A stretch of 61,764 nucleotides of DNA, the filler included, from Dugesia japonica (lineage: Eukaryota), in the NCBI GenBank assembly GCA_001938525.1. It is 6 parts of 6 records of this genome, joined end to end, with 100 filler letters (N's around TTAATTAATTAA, not from the genome) between each part and the next. Parts side by side here need not be neighbours in the genome. Positions count along the whole stretch, not along the records: positions 10,012 to 22,563 come from MQRL01583170.1; positions 22,664 to 32,066 come from MQRL01637215.1; 4 more parts are not named here. The stretch is one strand, 5' to 3'. The position numbers were made by a program, and so were the translations under genes. Shown here one piece after another: positions 14,112 through 24,529 of this stretch; positions within the stretch are counted from its first letter, which is position 1, and each line of letters begins with the position of its first letter. The notes below the pieces were generated by a model, which worked only from the letters and a program-made list of their open reading frames with translations, was not told where the DNA came from and did not search any database.

Positions 14112-14480
14112 GTGCATTCATCACTCAATCGTCCACCCGCTCCAACTAAGAAAATCCGGGAGGGTAGTGAGGACATAGAAATGTCCTGGAACTTATACCG
14201 GTTAGCGAAGCGGCGTTGGGAGGCCGATGTAGCAACCGCGGCCGCCAAAGTGAAAAGATATAAAGACAAATGTGCTAACATTCGACAAGAGATGAAATTG
14301 GTCCAAGAACAAGAACGGGTATGGAAAGCCCAAGTAGAATCCTTCGCGGAAATCATCCAGTCCAGCCATGACCGGGAAAATAAACTGGTGAAAGACATTG
14401 TCAATCTTAAGGATAAAATGTATCTTGAGCCTCTTATGATTGATAAGGGCACACAGACCAAAAACGTTTCACGACCATGA
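14112..14480 (+). CDS. Cassette copy 1 ORF-C, predicted coiled-coil protein
   Basis: HSSLN...WNLYRLAKRRWEADV...HDRENKLV.DI..LK...PLMIDKG aligns with 19272-19582. Confidence 0.72.
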   Translation: MHSSLNRPPAPTKKIREGSEDIEMSWNLYRLAKRRWEADVATAAAKVKRYKDKCANIRQEMKLVQEQERVWKAQVESFAEIIQSSHDRENKLVKDIVNLKDKMYLEPLMIDKGTQTKNVSRP

Positions 14481-14715
14481 TCTGATCTTTATGTATAAAT
14501 ATAAATATCACTCTTTGCTCCTTGATTGATTTGAGGTTTCAGTCTGTTGATAATTTTATAATTGTTGAAAAGTCTACTTATTAATTTGAGTTTTAAGACG
14601 GTTGTTAATCTTAGAATTGTTGGAGAAATTCTACTTTAAAGTAAATNNNNNNNNNNNNNNNNNNNNNNNNNNNNNNNNNNNNNNNNNNNNNNNNNNNNNN
14701 NNNNNNNNNNNNNNN

Positions 14716-15047
14716 GCCATCTCCTCATCGAGCGTCATTTAAAAAGAAAAGCAGATAAGGCCTTGTTAAAACATCTCGATCAACGTGACTGATTAATCAA
14801 GAAGCTTGATCTTGTCATAAAGAAGCATACAGACCTCGCAAATCAAACAAAAGCGTTAGAGACAGAAAATAAACTTCTCCTCCAACGCAAAATAGAGTTC
14901 CTCAAGCAATACATCTCCGACTTGTCGCGTCAACTGGGAAATCCCAATATATCTCAGTGGGATGACGATGACGATATCGCGGCCTTTAACCTGATCGTCA
15001 CGTCCCCTGATCAATGGCTAGATCCAGAAGCCTTGAATTTATTATAA
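14716..15047 (+). pseudogene. Cassette copy 1 ORF-D (start in gap, one internal stop)
   Basis: LLIERHLKRKADKA...QRKIEFLKQYISDLSRQLGNP...QWLDPEAL aligns with 19702-20100; AATAAA at 15061. Confidence 0.72.
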
Positions 15048-15293
15048 CTATGTATTGTCAAATAAACACTTTCATTAGAAGAATCAAGACTGGTAATTAT
15101 CGTAAAATAATCATAGGGAAATATATAGAACCCGAACAAAAGGTTTATGGGTGTGCACCTTCCATCAAGGGTAAGGTCAACCGCCATAAACTGAAAACCT
15201 ACCATAGGGACGGTAGGGTTAAATTCTTGAAAGGGTTCCCCTGAGGACTGTTTTTCCCCAGTCATCTTTTTTCCAACTCAGGTGGAGCCCCAA

Positions 15294-15295
<2 letters not shown>

Positions 15296-15340
<45 letters not shown>

Positions 15341-15390
15341 NNNNNNNNNNNNNNNNNNNNNNNNNNNNNNNNNNNNNNNNNNNNNNNNNN

Positions 15391-15449
<59 letters not shown>
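15296..15449. repeat. (TTA)n microsatellite between two element termini
   Basis: Pure TTA repeat with internal N gap. Confidence 0.97.
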
Positions 15450-15450
<1 letters not shown>

Positions 15451-15702
15451 GTTGGGGTCATGGGAGATATGGCTCAAAAATGATATTACGCACAACCCAC
15501 AACTGGGATTTAATATACTCGTCCTTGAGTATGTTGATGGCAGCCCCGGTGACTCTTACCCGACGTTAAGAGTGCATGAGCGCACTATCTGCATGTTATT
15601 TGGGCTCGTTTACCGTGGCGATAGAAGCCAATTTTTTCGATAAAATGAAATTAATATTAAATGATATTTTATAAATACTGTACATCATCATTACAAATAG
15701 GG

Positions 15703-16093
15703 TCAATCGTCATCAAAACATAAATTAATAAATGTTCGGCGGGCTTTCTTTGGAGGTGAAATACCCAATGAGGGGGATGGAGAGTCCAATTGTAATTGCC
15801 ACAAGCCCTCATTTTCGTTTCGAAGCCATTTGACCCACGCTTCTAACTTCCAAATCTTCATTCCCTGAGACTCTCCGGGTATATTCAATATTTTGTTTTC
15901 TTAAGGCTGAAACCTCTACCACTAACATCGCTATCTTTTCCTGTATAGATTTACTGGTTTGTGACCAATTTGTTGTTGTGGCAAGCTGACTGTCCGTGTT
16001 GGTGGAAAACTGAACTGCAGCTCCGAATGTTCGACTAGGACGACTGTCGAAAAGCTGTCGGTTCCGGGGCAGTTCTGGAGTGTTTTTATTCAT
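15703..16093 (-). pseudogene. Orphan coiled-coil ORF (one frameshift) reading toward the TGTTGGGG terminus at 15450
   Basis: ORFs 15809-16093 and 15703-15888 overlap as a frameshifted pair; acceptor ctttag|ATG; C-terminal basic PPKKARR. Confidence 0.5.
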
Positions 16094-16137
16094 CTAAAGT
16101 ATTTCTGAATTTTAATTAATTTATTATCACAATATAA

Positions 16138-16140
<3 letters not shown>

Positions 16141-16172
<32 letters not shown>

Positions 16173-16213
16173 TATAATAATAATCATCATAATAATAATC
16201 ATAATAATAATAA
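16141..16213. repeat. (AAT)n microsatellite followed by TGTTGGGG terminus at 16214
   Basis: Direct reading. Confidence 0.9.
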
Positions 16214-18469
16214 TGTTGGGGCGAAACACCCAGAAGAATGGAAATCAATGGGTTATGAATAACCCAATATCAAAATAGAAATTACGAGAAGCAACATGGT
16301 AAGATAAACAAGTATGGAAAATCCAGACAATAAAATTGAGCGAAAAATGGAAAACTCGGAAGATCAAATTAACTGTGATTAATTATGCTAATTGCAAAAT
16401 TAATAAAATTATTAAAGAAAATAAGTAACAAAAGAAATAAATACAAAAAAAATAAATCATTTAAACGAAAAATTAATTAAAATTGAGACAAAATCTGTTT
16501 TATGCAAATAACTCTGGTCAGGAAAGTCGGAAGAAATCCAGGTGAGACAATATGAAAAGAAAACCACAAGAGGATGAAACTTGCTAGGAAGAAAAAACTT
16601 ACCACCATCCAGAGGGTTACTGCAGGGTTTCCTATATCGAACCAATCAGATATCTAAAAATAAAATAAAACAAAGACACAATTATCATGTGCCAGTCTAA
16701 AAATAACTTCTGATCAGAACTCCAGAATTCTCGGAAGATTTGCACCAGATCCAATAGATCAAATAATTTAAATTAAAAATAACCAGCCAACAGGAATACT
16801 GTCGGGATGCAACTAAAGGCAAATATAAGCCGCAACAAACTTAGGTGAAAAAACAATAATAAAGAACTTTTAATAACAACTGAGCTTAGAAGCTATACTC
16901 TCGATTTGAAAAATTATTTAGCGAATATTACTGGTCTAAAATTATTATAAAGTTGGTAAATAAGATTCATTGTAGAATTACAGGAAGCCGANGAGAAAAT
17001 TACAATCAGGAAGGGAGAATTATTCACAAGTCAGATACTCTCAAAATTATCCGAGAATTTGCCAGTCATTGAAAAAACCTTTGCAGAAAGCCTTCAGTTA
17101 ATAACAAAAAATAAAATATTATTTTGATTGGGTAAAAGTGGTATATTTGATAAACTATGTATATTATTTATTCTAATAAAATTAGTTCCTGTTTCAAAAT
17201 CGTAAACTCTTGATTTTCTAATTTAGAAATATTGAATGATGAATAAATTATAAATCACTTGGTAAGAAACTAAATTCAAAATTCCTTGAAACCATTGATC
17301 CTTGTCGTTGAATAAAATAAATAATAGGATATGCGCGAGTATAGTAAATCAAAAAAAATCTTGTATATTTCGGGATTAATCAGAAAACAATAACCGGATT
17401 ATAGAATTTGAATAAGTTTAATCTCCTTCAATAATTTTATGATCTATGTCTAGTTGTATAATCAGATAATCAATAAGGAAAATAAATTCCAACTATTTAT
17501 TGAGAAAATTAATAAATTATAACTCCCTCCCCTTGACTTGAACTATAAATAGCCATAGAGAGCTCAGTGATAAAATAATTTCCAAAATATCAGTAACGCT
17601 CGCTGTTCAGCTAAAATCCACTTGATCATTATTGGCAGCAAAATTCCGTGACCAAACTCTGAAGGAGTGAGATATACCAAACTGGTTATGCACGATACAA
17701 AATAACCAAACTGGTTTATCTAAATTATGAAAACCCGATAGGACGACCAGGTTTGACGAATTCAGAGTCATACTATTAGCAGGTGTGTATATAATATGTC
17801 GATTTACTCATAGTAGTTATTTGATGCCGTCTACTTAAATCGGAATCCCTGATATTACACATCTACACTATATTAAATTAATAAACACACTTACCAACAC
17901 CAATAAAATCAGTATAATTAAACCACATCACTAGTCAACTACAACAAACGTAAATTCAAACTTAGTATAAAAAGGAAATTTTTTGCTGTTGTACTTTTAC
18001 TATCATTATTCTATTATTATTGATCTTGTATTAGTTATGCTAAATCAGTGTTACGGGGATTCAGAGCATTAGTAATGATGAAAGCATTTGAGCGGAATGG
18101 GGATCAACCTATTGAAGCAATCAAGGATTTAAGAAAAAAATTAATTGACTATTTATTATTCAGGATCGGCATTGTTGATACTACCCGAACTAACACCACC
18201 GGTATGGTCATGTTTTCGGTTGTCACAAGGTGTATCTTTAATAATGATTAAAATGATTTTACATTACTACATGCAATGNTGGTGACACTAATTATTACTT
18301 TTTATCCTCCTTACCAAGCTGTTATGGCCTTAATTCATAACCTCCCGTTGTGATTATAGTTTTCATGTTACAATCTTTAGCGATAATAACGGTCCGGGGA
18401 AATTATTTAATCAGGGAAAATGAGGCGAGTGGTAAAGACTGCAGTTAATTTTTTTTCTTCCTTTAGCTC

Positions 18470-18652
18470 ATGCCAACAGAATTGTATAGGGCCCTGCGAT
18501 GGATAAGGAAGCAACGTCAAATTAGCAGGTCGAAACAATTAATAGCTCATTTGCTGACCAGAGGAGAGATCGAGCACCCCGATAAAACCGACCTTCAATG
18601 CTTTGAGGAGATGTTTTCGTTGGAATTAGGGGTCGACTTAGATGAAAAATGA
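18470..18652 (+). CDS. Cassette copy 2 ORF-A, orphan 60-aa protein
   Basis: LRWIRKQ..SR.KQL.AH..T.G..EH.D.TDLQCF.EMF shared with copy 1; acceptor cttcctttag. Confidence 0.7.
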   Translation: MPTELYRALRWIRKQRQISRSKQLIAHLLTRGEIEHPDKTDLQCFEEMFSLELGVDLDEK

Positions 18653-18786
18653 TATTTTATTGACTACCCGACGATAAAACAATATCTATGAAAAAACTTG
18701 GTGTTTTGTTTTAATTAATTAGATGAGTGATTTTTGATGTTTTAATGCTGTGTTTGAATTTTCTTATTTTCTTTTGTTTCTTAGAA

Positions 18787-19137
18787 ATGGAGTCAATGTG
18801 GGAGAGGACAGTAGACAGGTGTACCCGCCGAATCATTTTCCGGCGATACCACAATCCACACAATCGCGATGCGGGGATTTTAGTAGACCGATCCAACCTA
18901 CCTCCCGTAGAAGCGGCTGTTGCTCTTATTCAAAGCTTGGTGGAGCGTCTGACCTTCCGCCAGTGGAATAGGCCGGAGCGTAACCACGCCACTCCATTCC
19001 GTTACCAACCTCCAGCTCCCACACCCATAGTTCAGGCTTTCATTGCCAATATGCTCTGGGGAGTTAGGGAGCCTTCCAGGGTAGTGAATGCGGAAAATAC
19101 GGCTCCTGTGATTGAAAATGATAATAACTCCCCATAA
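18787..19137 (+). CDS. Cassette copy 2 ORF-B, orphan ~116-aa protein
   Basis: Intact frame from MESMWERT; acceptor ttgtttcttag 2 nt before ATG; homolog at 13565. Confidence 0.7.
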   Translation: MESMWERTVDRCTRRIIFRRYHNPHNRDAGILVDRSNLPPVEAAVALIQSLVERLTFRQWNRPERNHATPFRYQPPAPTPIVQAFIANMLWGVREPSRVVNAENTAPVIENDNNSP

Positions 19138-19271
19138 GTTCTGTCTTTTACTTGAAAATATAAATAGGTGTCTTTTTATTATGATTTGTATTATAGTTGC
19201 TTGCGTGGGTTTAGATAAATTGTTGTCATTGTTGACTTTTGTAATCTTCATAATTAATACAATTATTTCAG

Positions 19272-19582
19272 TACACTCCTCTCTGAACAAATCACATGGT
19301 ACCTGTATAGATTAGCCAAACATCTTTTGGTAAGCCGATGTCACTAATGCAGAGGCGAAGATTAAGCGTTACAAAAGGAAATGTTTATCTTTCAAAACAG
19401 AAGCTGAGGCCTCTCATCAACAAGAGAGGCCACGGAAAGACCAATTAGAATCCCTGTTCGAGATTATCCGGTCCTGCCATGACCGAGAAAATAAACTGGT
19501 CAACGACATACTAAAGCTAAAGAAGATGATGCCTTTAGCTCCTCTCATGGTTGACAAAGGTGTGCAGGCCCCTCTTTCCTAG
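19272..19582 (+). pseudogene. Cassette copy 2 ORF-C (frameshifts/stop)
   Basis: HSSLNK, WYLYRLAK, ADVTNAEAKIKRYK, HDRENKLVNDILKLK, PLMVDKG; AATAAA at 19602. Confidence 0.72.
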
Positions 19583-19701
19583 TTGTTGTCATAACATGCT
19601 TAATAAAAAAAAAATTTTTTTTCCGTCTTTTCAATTAATCCGAAATTAATTACATTACTCTCTATAAATTACGAATAGCCATCGATTAATTCTTTTCTTA
19701 A

Positions 19702-20100
19702 GTGCTAATGATAAAATTTCCCAATAATTTACGTCGTTGTCATCGTATCATGAAACGACTCTTGATAGAACGACATCTAAAAAAGAAGGCTGACCAAGCC
19801 ATCCTCAAGCATTTGGCCCAAAAAGATAAGTTAATAAAGCGATTAGCCCTAGTCGTAAAGAAGCAGAGCAGACTTGGCGATTCAAACTAAGGCTTTAGAA
19901 GCAGAGACGAAACAACTTTGCAAAGGAAGATCGAATTCCTTAAACAATACATCGCCGATCTCTCCCGCCAAATAGGCAATCCAGCTTGGATTCAGTGGGA
20001 CGAAAACGACGATATCGCTGATTTTAACCTTTTGGTCACCGATCCGGCCCAGTGGTTAGACCCAGGGGCGCTGGATTTGTTAAAAATAATTTTTTTTTAA
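19702..20100 (+). pseudogene. Cassette copy 2 ORF-D (one internal TAG)
   Basis: ORFs 19702-19890 and 19918-20100 are one frame; homolog at 14716; AATAAA at 20101. Confidence 0.72.
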
Positions 20101-21488
20101 AATAAAATATATATAATTAACACCGTATTTTCTCTCTTTTACTGATAATACTAAGGAAAATAATGAACCTAAATACAAAGGTTTATGTGTGTTTACCTCC
20201 CATTAAGAGAGAGGTCAAGCGCCATGAACCGAATACCTGTCTAGGGGCGGGAGATTAAATTCTTGAATGGATTCCCCTGAGGGCTGTTTTTCCTCGGCCA
20301 CCGTTTCCTTATCATCCAACTNNNNNNNNNNNNNNNNNNNNNNNNNNNNNNNNNNNNNNNNNNNNNNNNNNNNNNNNNNNNNNNNNNNNNNNNNNNNNNN
20401 NNNNNNNNNNNNNNNNNNNNNNNNNNNNNNNNNNNNNNNNNNNNNNNNNNNNNNNNNNNNNNNNNNNNNNNNNATGGTCATGATAATATTAACAATAATG
20501 AGTAGAAATATGAATAGTGATGTTAATAGTGTTAATAATAATAGTATTAGTGTGAATTAGTAATAATATACATTGATTCTTCTTGATGGATGATATAATA
20601 TTTAAGGAGTCAAAGCATGGTTCGTAAAGTTTGTTAATGACTAGGATATTCAGGAATAAGAAACGAAAAAAACTTATTTATAACATTAATATATAATATA
20701 ATAGTCAATAGATAATAATAATAATTACGAAAACGATATTAAATCTCGATAAAGTATTTTAAAGTTAAAATATTAGAAAAATCAAAAATAACTAAATAAA
20801 CAAGGTTATTTTTCAATACATTTAATTTTTAAATATGCATAAGATTGACTAATACTAATATACCTCTTGACTGCTATGCTTGAACTGGAACAATAAATAT
20901 TGACTTGGGGATGACGAAAAATCGATAGAATTGTAATTGAATAGGATTAGGAATTTGAAACTGTATTGTTTGCTTTTCCGAATTGTTTATTCTTGGAAGA
21001 TACGAGGGATTGAGAATTTGTATTCTTGTTATGACTGAAACGAACTTAGAGCAACGATATAAATGATTTGGTGTTGGTATTGTCCAAGAGAATTTTCGAA
21101 ATAATGAAGTTTCTCGATTAAATTTGCTACTGGATGGAAATGGTATTTATACTGCGAAGTCGATGATTGATTTTGATTCTTGGCAGGTTAATTTCTTGGA
21201 TTTGCGAAATGAATGGACTACTTTCTTATGGCTAAATTGATACATGTGTCACACGCTTCTTTTTCGAAATATAGAAATAATTGATAAAATTATTCAGAAG
21301 ACTGGAAAAAACGCAATAATAATCGCATCTTATTTACTGAATCTATGAACCCCCGACAACAATCTCTCTCTCATGCTCAGTTAAAATTCAACACTTTGAT
21401 TTTACTCTAATGAAAACAATTATAATTTAAAATACTTAATCAACATCCATTTATATTTATTTCGATTTTTACTGCTTCATCACAGCAG

Positions 21489-21807
21489 TTAGACATCCAG
21501 ATCTACTGTTTGCTCCATTGTTTTGGCTGATTCTCCTGACGTCCGGTAATTCGACCACAATGTTCTCAGGGTGTGGAACATTGTGGCCTCACGGTCGGCA
21601 TATATCTTAATAACATCGGCCATAAGACGGTTGGCTTGCTGGAGAGCCAACTCCTTCTCCTTCAGCTGTGTGAACTTTGACGATGACCTATTCAGTTGTC
21701 TTTTTAAATTCAGAATCTCGTTGCGCAAATCGCGCTCTTGTCCTTCCACCTTCGCTTCGCTGCTACTACATCTCTTTTCAGTATTTTTTTGTCATTCGAT
21801 TTGTTCA
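21489..21807 (-). pseudogene. Orphan coiled-coil ORF
   Basis: EAKVEGQERDLRNEILNLKRQLNR...LKEKELALQQANRLM heptad-like pattern; GC-richer than flanks; upstream tttag acceptor. Confidence 0.45.
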
Positions 21808-22379
21808 CTAAAATTTAGACATAATTTAATTGTAATAGATTTTTCTAAAACAAGTGAATAAAATTAATTAAAAGAAATAACAATTGTAGTTTAAAGTACC
21901 TTACAAAGGAATAAAATTGTTTGCTATCTAAAGTAATTAAAATTCACTCAACATTTGTACTTTAACACAAGCAAAATAGTAACTAAATAAGATCGTTGAA
22001 ACCCTTACTTATTAATTTAATTATTAATAAATTAAACCTATAGAAATTAATGACTTTTTTAAATTACGTATTACAGTGGTTTTTATATTCAAAATCAGAA
22101 ATATCTCAATGAAGATATCGCAGTAGTGGTTGAAAAAATTTGAAATAAGCGATAGAGATAAAATTGCGAAATTATATCATAAAATTGTCATGTTAAATAT
22201 CTATGAATTAAAAATCTCTGACGATAAATATACACGTTTATATTTATATTTATAATCTCAACAATAAAAAATACTATTTCTTAATTAAATACAGCCATCC
22301 AACATATCATAGTACTAGAATTAAATGCTAGATTAAAGGGATTCGACTCTAGCTTGAGTGTATCAATTGTATGGTATTA

Positions 22380-22563
22380 ACTGTTAATATGTAGCTTCGG
22401 TGTATCATATTAAAGACCAGTTTGAACATTAATTTTTGGATCAATTGATCAAATCATCAATGCTTCACACACCACTCTATCCCAATAAACTTTAAAGTTT
22501 TTGCACAAAATTTGAAAATTATTTATACTGATAACTGATTTGCAATTAATGTTATGTTCAGCA
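22380..22563 (-). mobile_element. Penelope-like element GIY-YIG C-terminal fragment
   Basis: AEHNINCKSVISINNFQILCK...DRVVCEALMI*SIDPKINVQ fits H..C...NF.IL...R...EAL.I...P.LN.Q. Confidence 0.7.
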
Positions 22564-22663
22564 NNNNNNNNNNNNNNNNNNNNNNNNNNNNNNNNNNNNN
22601 NNNNNNNTTAATTAATTAANNNNNNNNNNNNNNNNNNNNNNNNNNNNNNNNNNNNNNNNNNNN
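22564..22663. other. Artificial contig linker
   Basis: N44-TTAATTAATTAA-N44. Confidence 0.95.
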
Positions 22664-23380
22664 AAACAACAAACTATTTTTACTAATTGCAAATATAATT
22701 ATTAGATAAATAGCTTTTTGCTTTATTAGTCCCAATTGATGAGCAGCTAGTACTGGCGGCTCAACACGTACACGTCTAACCAATAATTTGTCATCTAGTA
22801 ATACATATTTAGGTTCATTGGCTGCAGATTCCAAAAAAATCTTAGAAGATGATCGTTTTACTCGAATATGGACATTAATACCTATAATAAGGTATTTCGG
22901 TTGATCCATGAAATTGAGTTGCAATAAACCCCATAGAGACAATTGTTTGGATGTTTTAATAGACTTTTTTTCTATCTCCTTCTGATCCACATCCCATTGC
23001 TGCAAGATAGATATTCTTACTATCACCATTATTATTTTTTATAGTTTCAATTAATGCTTTGTAAAGATAAGATCCATTATCACCTTCAATTTTGAAATTA
23101 TTAAACGAAAGAATTACATCCTTAAAAAGTGTATGCAACATATAGCTACTAAGAATAGCTATGTGAATTTCTACGTTTTCTATGAGTTGGTATTGTTTTT
23201 TGTTGATTTAATAGCAAATTAGTTATTTCAGATAGTATTTGATTTGTCATAATTTGCGCTAATATGTTTGCTACTTTTGTAATCATAATGATTACTCCAA
23301 TAGGTAACGATGACACTACATTTCCAGGTTCAACTAATGCATTGGATTTTAATGTTGGTAGAATTTTCCATCATCAGCTA
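22664..23380 (-). pseudogene. Polinton/Maverick major capsid protein (PY) remnant
   Basis: LHTLFKDVILSFNNFKIEG.N.SY.YKALIET, L.G.LQLNFMDQPKYL..G, LLVRRVRVEPPVLAAHQLGL...AIY; paralogous to 51.7-52.7 kb. Confidence 0.85.
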
Positions 23381-23939
23381 GCATATTTTGATCTGTTTTC
23401 ATACTAAATGAACCAACACATTTATGAAAAGGGAAAGCTACCTATTGTTTGCAACCAATTAGTTCCATACTATTTTTCAAGAAAGTAAGTTAATTCTCTA
23501 CTAGTACTACTCGACTAATACTATACATTGAAATAAATATCAGGATTCATCACTTAGTTTCTAAAATGTAAAGTTAGATGTTTTTTTGAATCTTTTAGAA
23601 ACTTGATTAATTTTCTGTTATTATCACGTATATTAGTTTCTATATTATTTATACATAAGGTATCAATTGGTAAATACATTGGAATCCCCCAAACATACCC
23701 CATAAATTTAAAAAGCATTAAAAACAATTTACAAGTTTTATCCGATCAAAATTCATAAATCAATAAATTCACGATAACCTATAGCACAGTTGTTNNNNNN
23801 NNNNNNNNNNNNNNGGGGTGATCTGATGTGCTAACATCTACTTACTCATACATCCGAATGCTTGTGTATACTTTCATTTTTATGAAAATACTGAGGAATT
23901 ATCTTATATTTCATTCGTTGCGTTTTCTAGTCTGTGTAA

Positions 23940-24458
23940 TTGGCATTTGAGACCTTAAATGGAAGCTTCACTCATTGCAATATTTGATAAGTCAGAGACT
24001 CGTGAATTTGCAGGAATATAGTTTGGTCCTTAGTTTAATAATTCTATTTGTCTGTCAATAAATGCATATTTTGTTAGATTTTTAATCATCAAAATGTGAA
24101 TTTATTTTTATTTTGATTTTATTCTCTGTTTTAGTTTTTTTCAGAAAGTAGTTCTCTCAACGTTTTTGGTTTGTTGAGATCATTAATATCTTTAAATTTT
24201 CTAAATGCTTTTACATCATCTTTATTTAGAGAAATCGGATGGTGGGTTATTTTTTATCAGATAATTACGTTCACTATATATTCTTTTACGAAGATAAGTC
24301 ATCCATTGAAAACTTTGACTTTTAGATAGTTCTTCAGATGGATAACATTGAAAAATATTTTTGAGTTTGTTTTTAGATCTCAAAACCAATAGTATTAATT
24401 TTCTTCTTTTACACTCACTTATGAATTTGATATGATTTTGAATCGTGTAAATTTTCAT
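23940..24458 (-). mobile_element. Penelope-like element N-terminal ORF region
   Basis: NHIKFISECKRRKLI..LR and MIKNLTKYAFIDRQIELLN*GPNYIP (cf. NLS...L...E..LL.KGLNF.P). Confidence 0.65.
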
Positions 24459-24529
24459 CGCATTAAATAAATCAAAAAAATGTCCACGGTTGATGACTCA
24501 GTCATAAGAGTTTAATAATTACAATTATA

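Larger units (their letters stand above)
13200..15295 (+). mobile_element. Unclassified gene-carrying element end, copy 1, terminating CCCCAACA at a (TTA)n tract
   Basis: Four ORFs plus a ~170-bp terminal segment shared with 18.4-20.3 kb; CCCCAACA at 15288-15295; left boundary uncertain. Confidence 0.6.
18049..20321 (+). mobile_element. Unclassified gene-carrying element, copy 2 (possible start TGTTACGGGG; end runs into gap)
   Basis: Same ORF order and terminal segment as copy 1; gap then degenerate AAT tract follows. Confidence 0.55.

Noticed and set aside
14105-14461. Antisense ORFs over cassette genes (also 18898-19290, 21571-21861)
   Set aside because: Shadow frames; conservation between copies follows the opposite strand
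15219-15569. Poly-I/N/Y ORFs (also 34099-34323) and ORFs spanning N runs
   Set aside because: Translations of microsatellites and gaps
18727-18786. Hydrophobic N-terminus (signal peptide) of ORF 18727-19137
   Set aside because: It is the polypyrimidine tract of the acceptor; homology to copy 1 starts at ATG 18787
18049-21358. 18049 and 21358 as paired TIRs of one 3.3-kb element
   Set aside because: Only loose similarity, no TSD, and a separate terminus plus AAT tract lies between them
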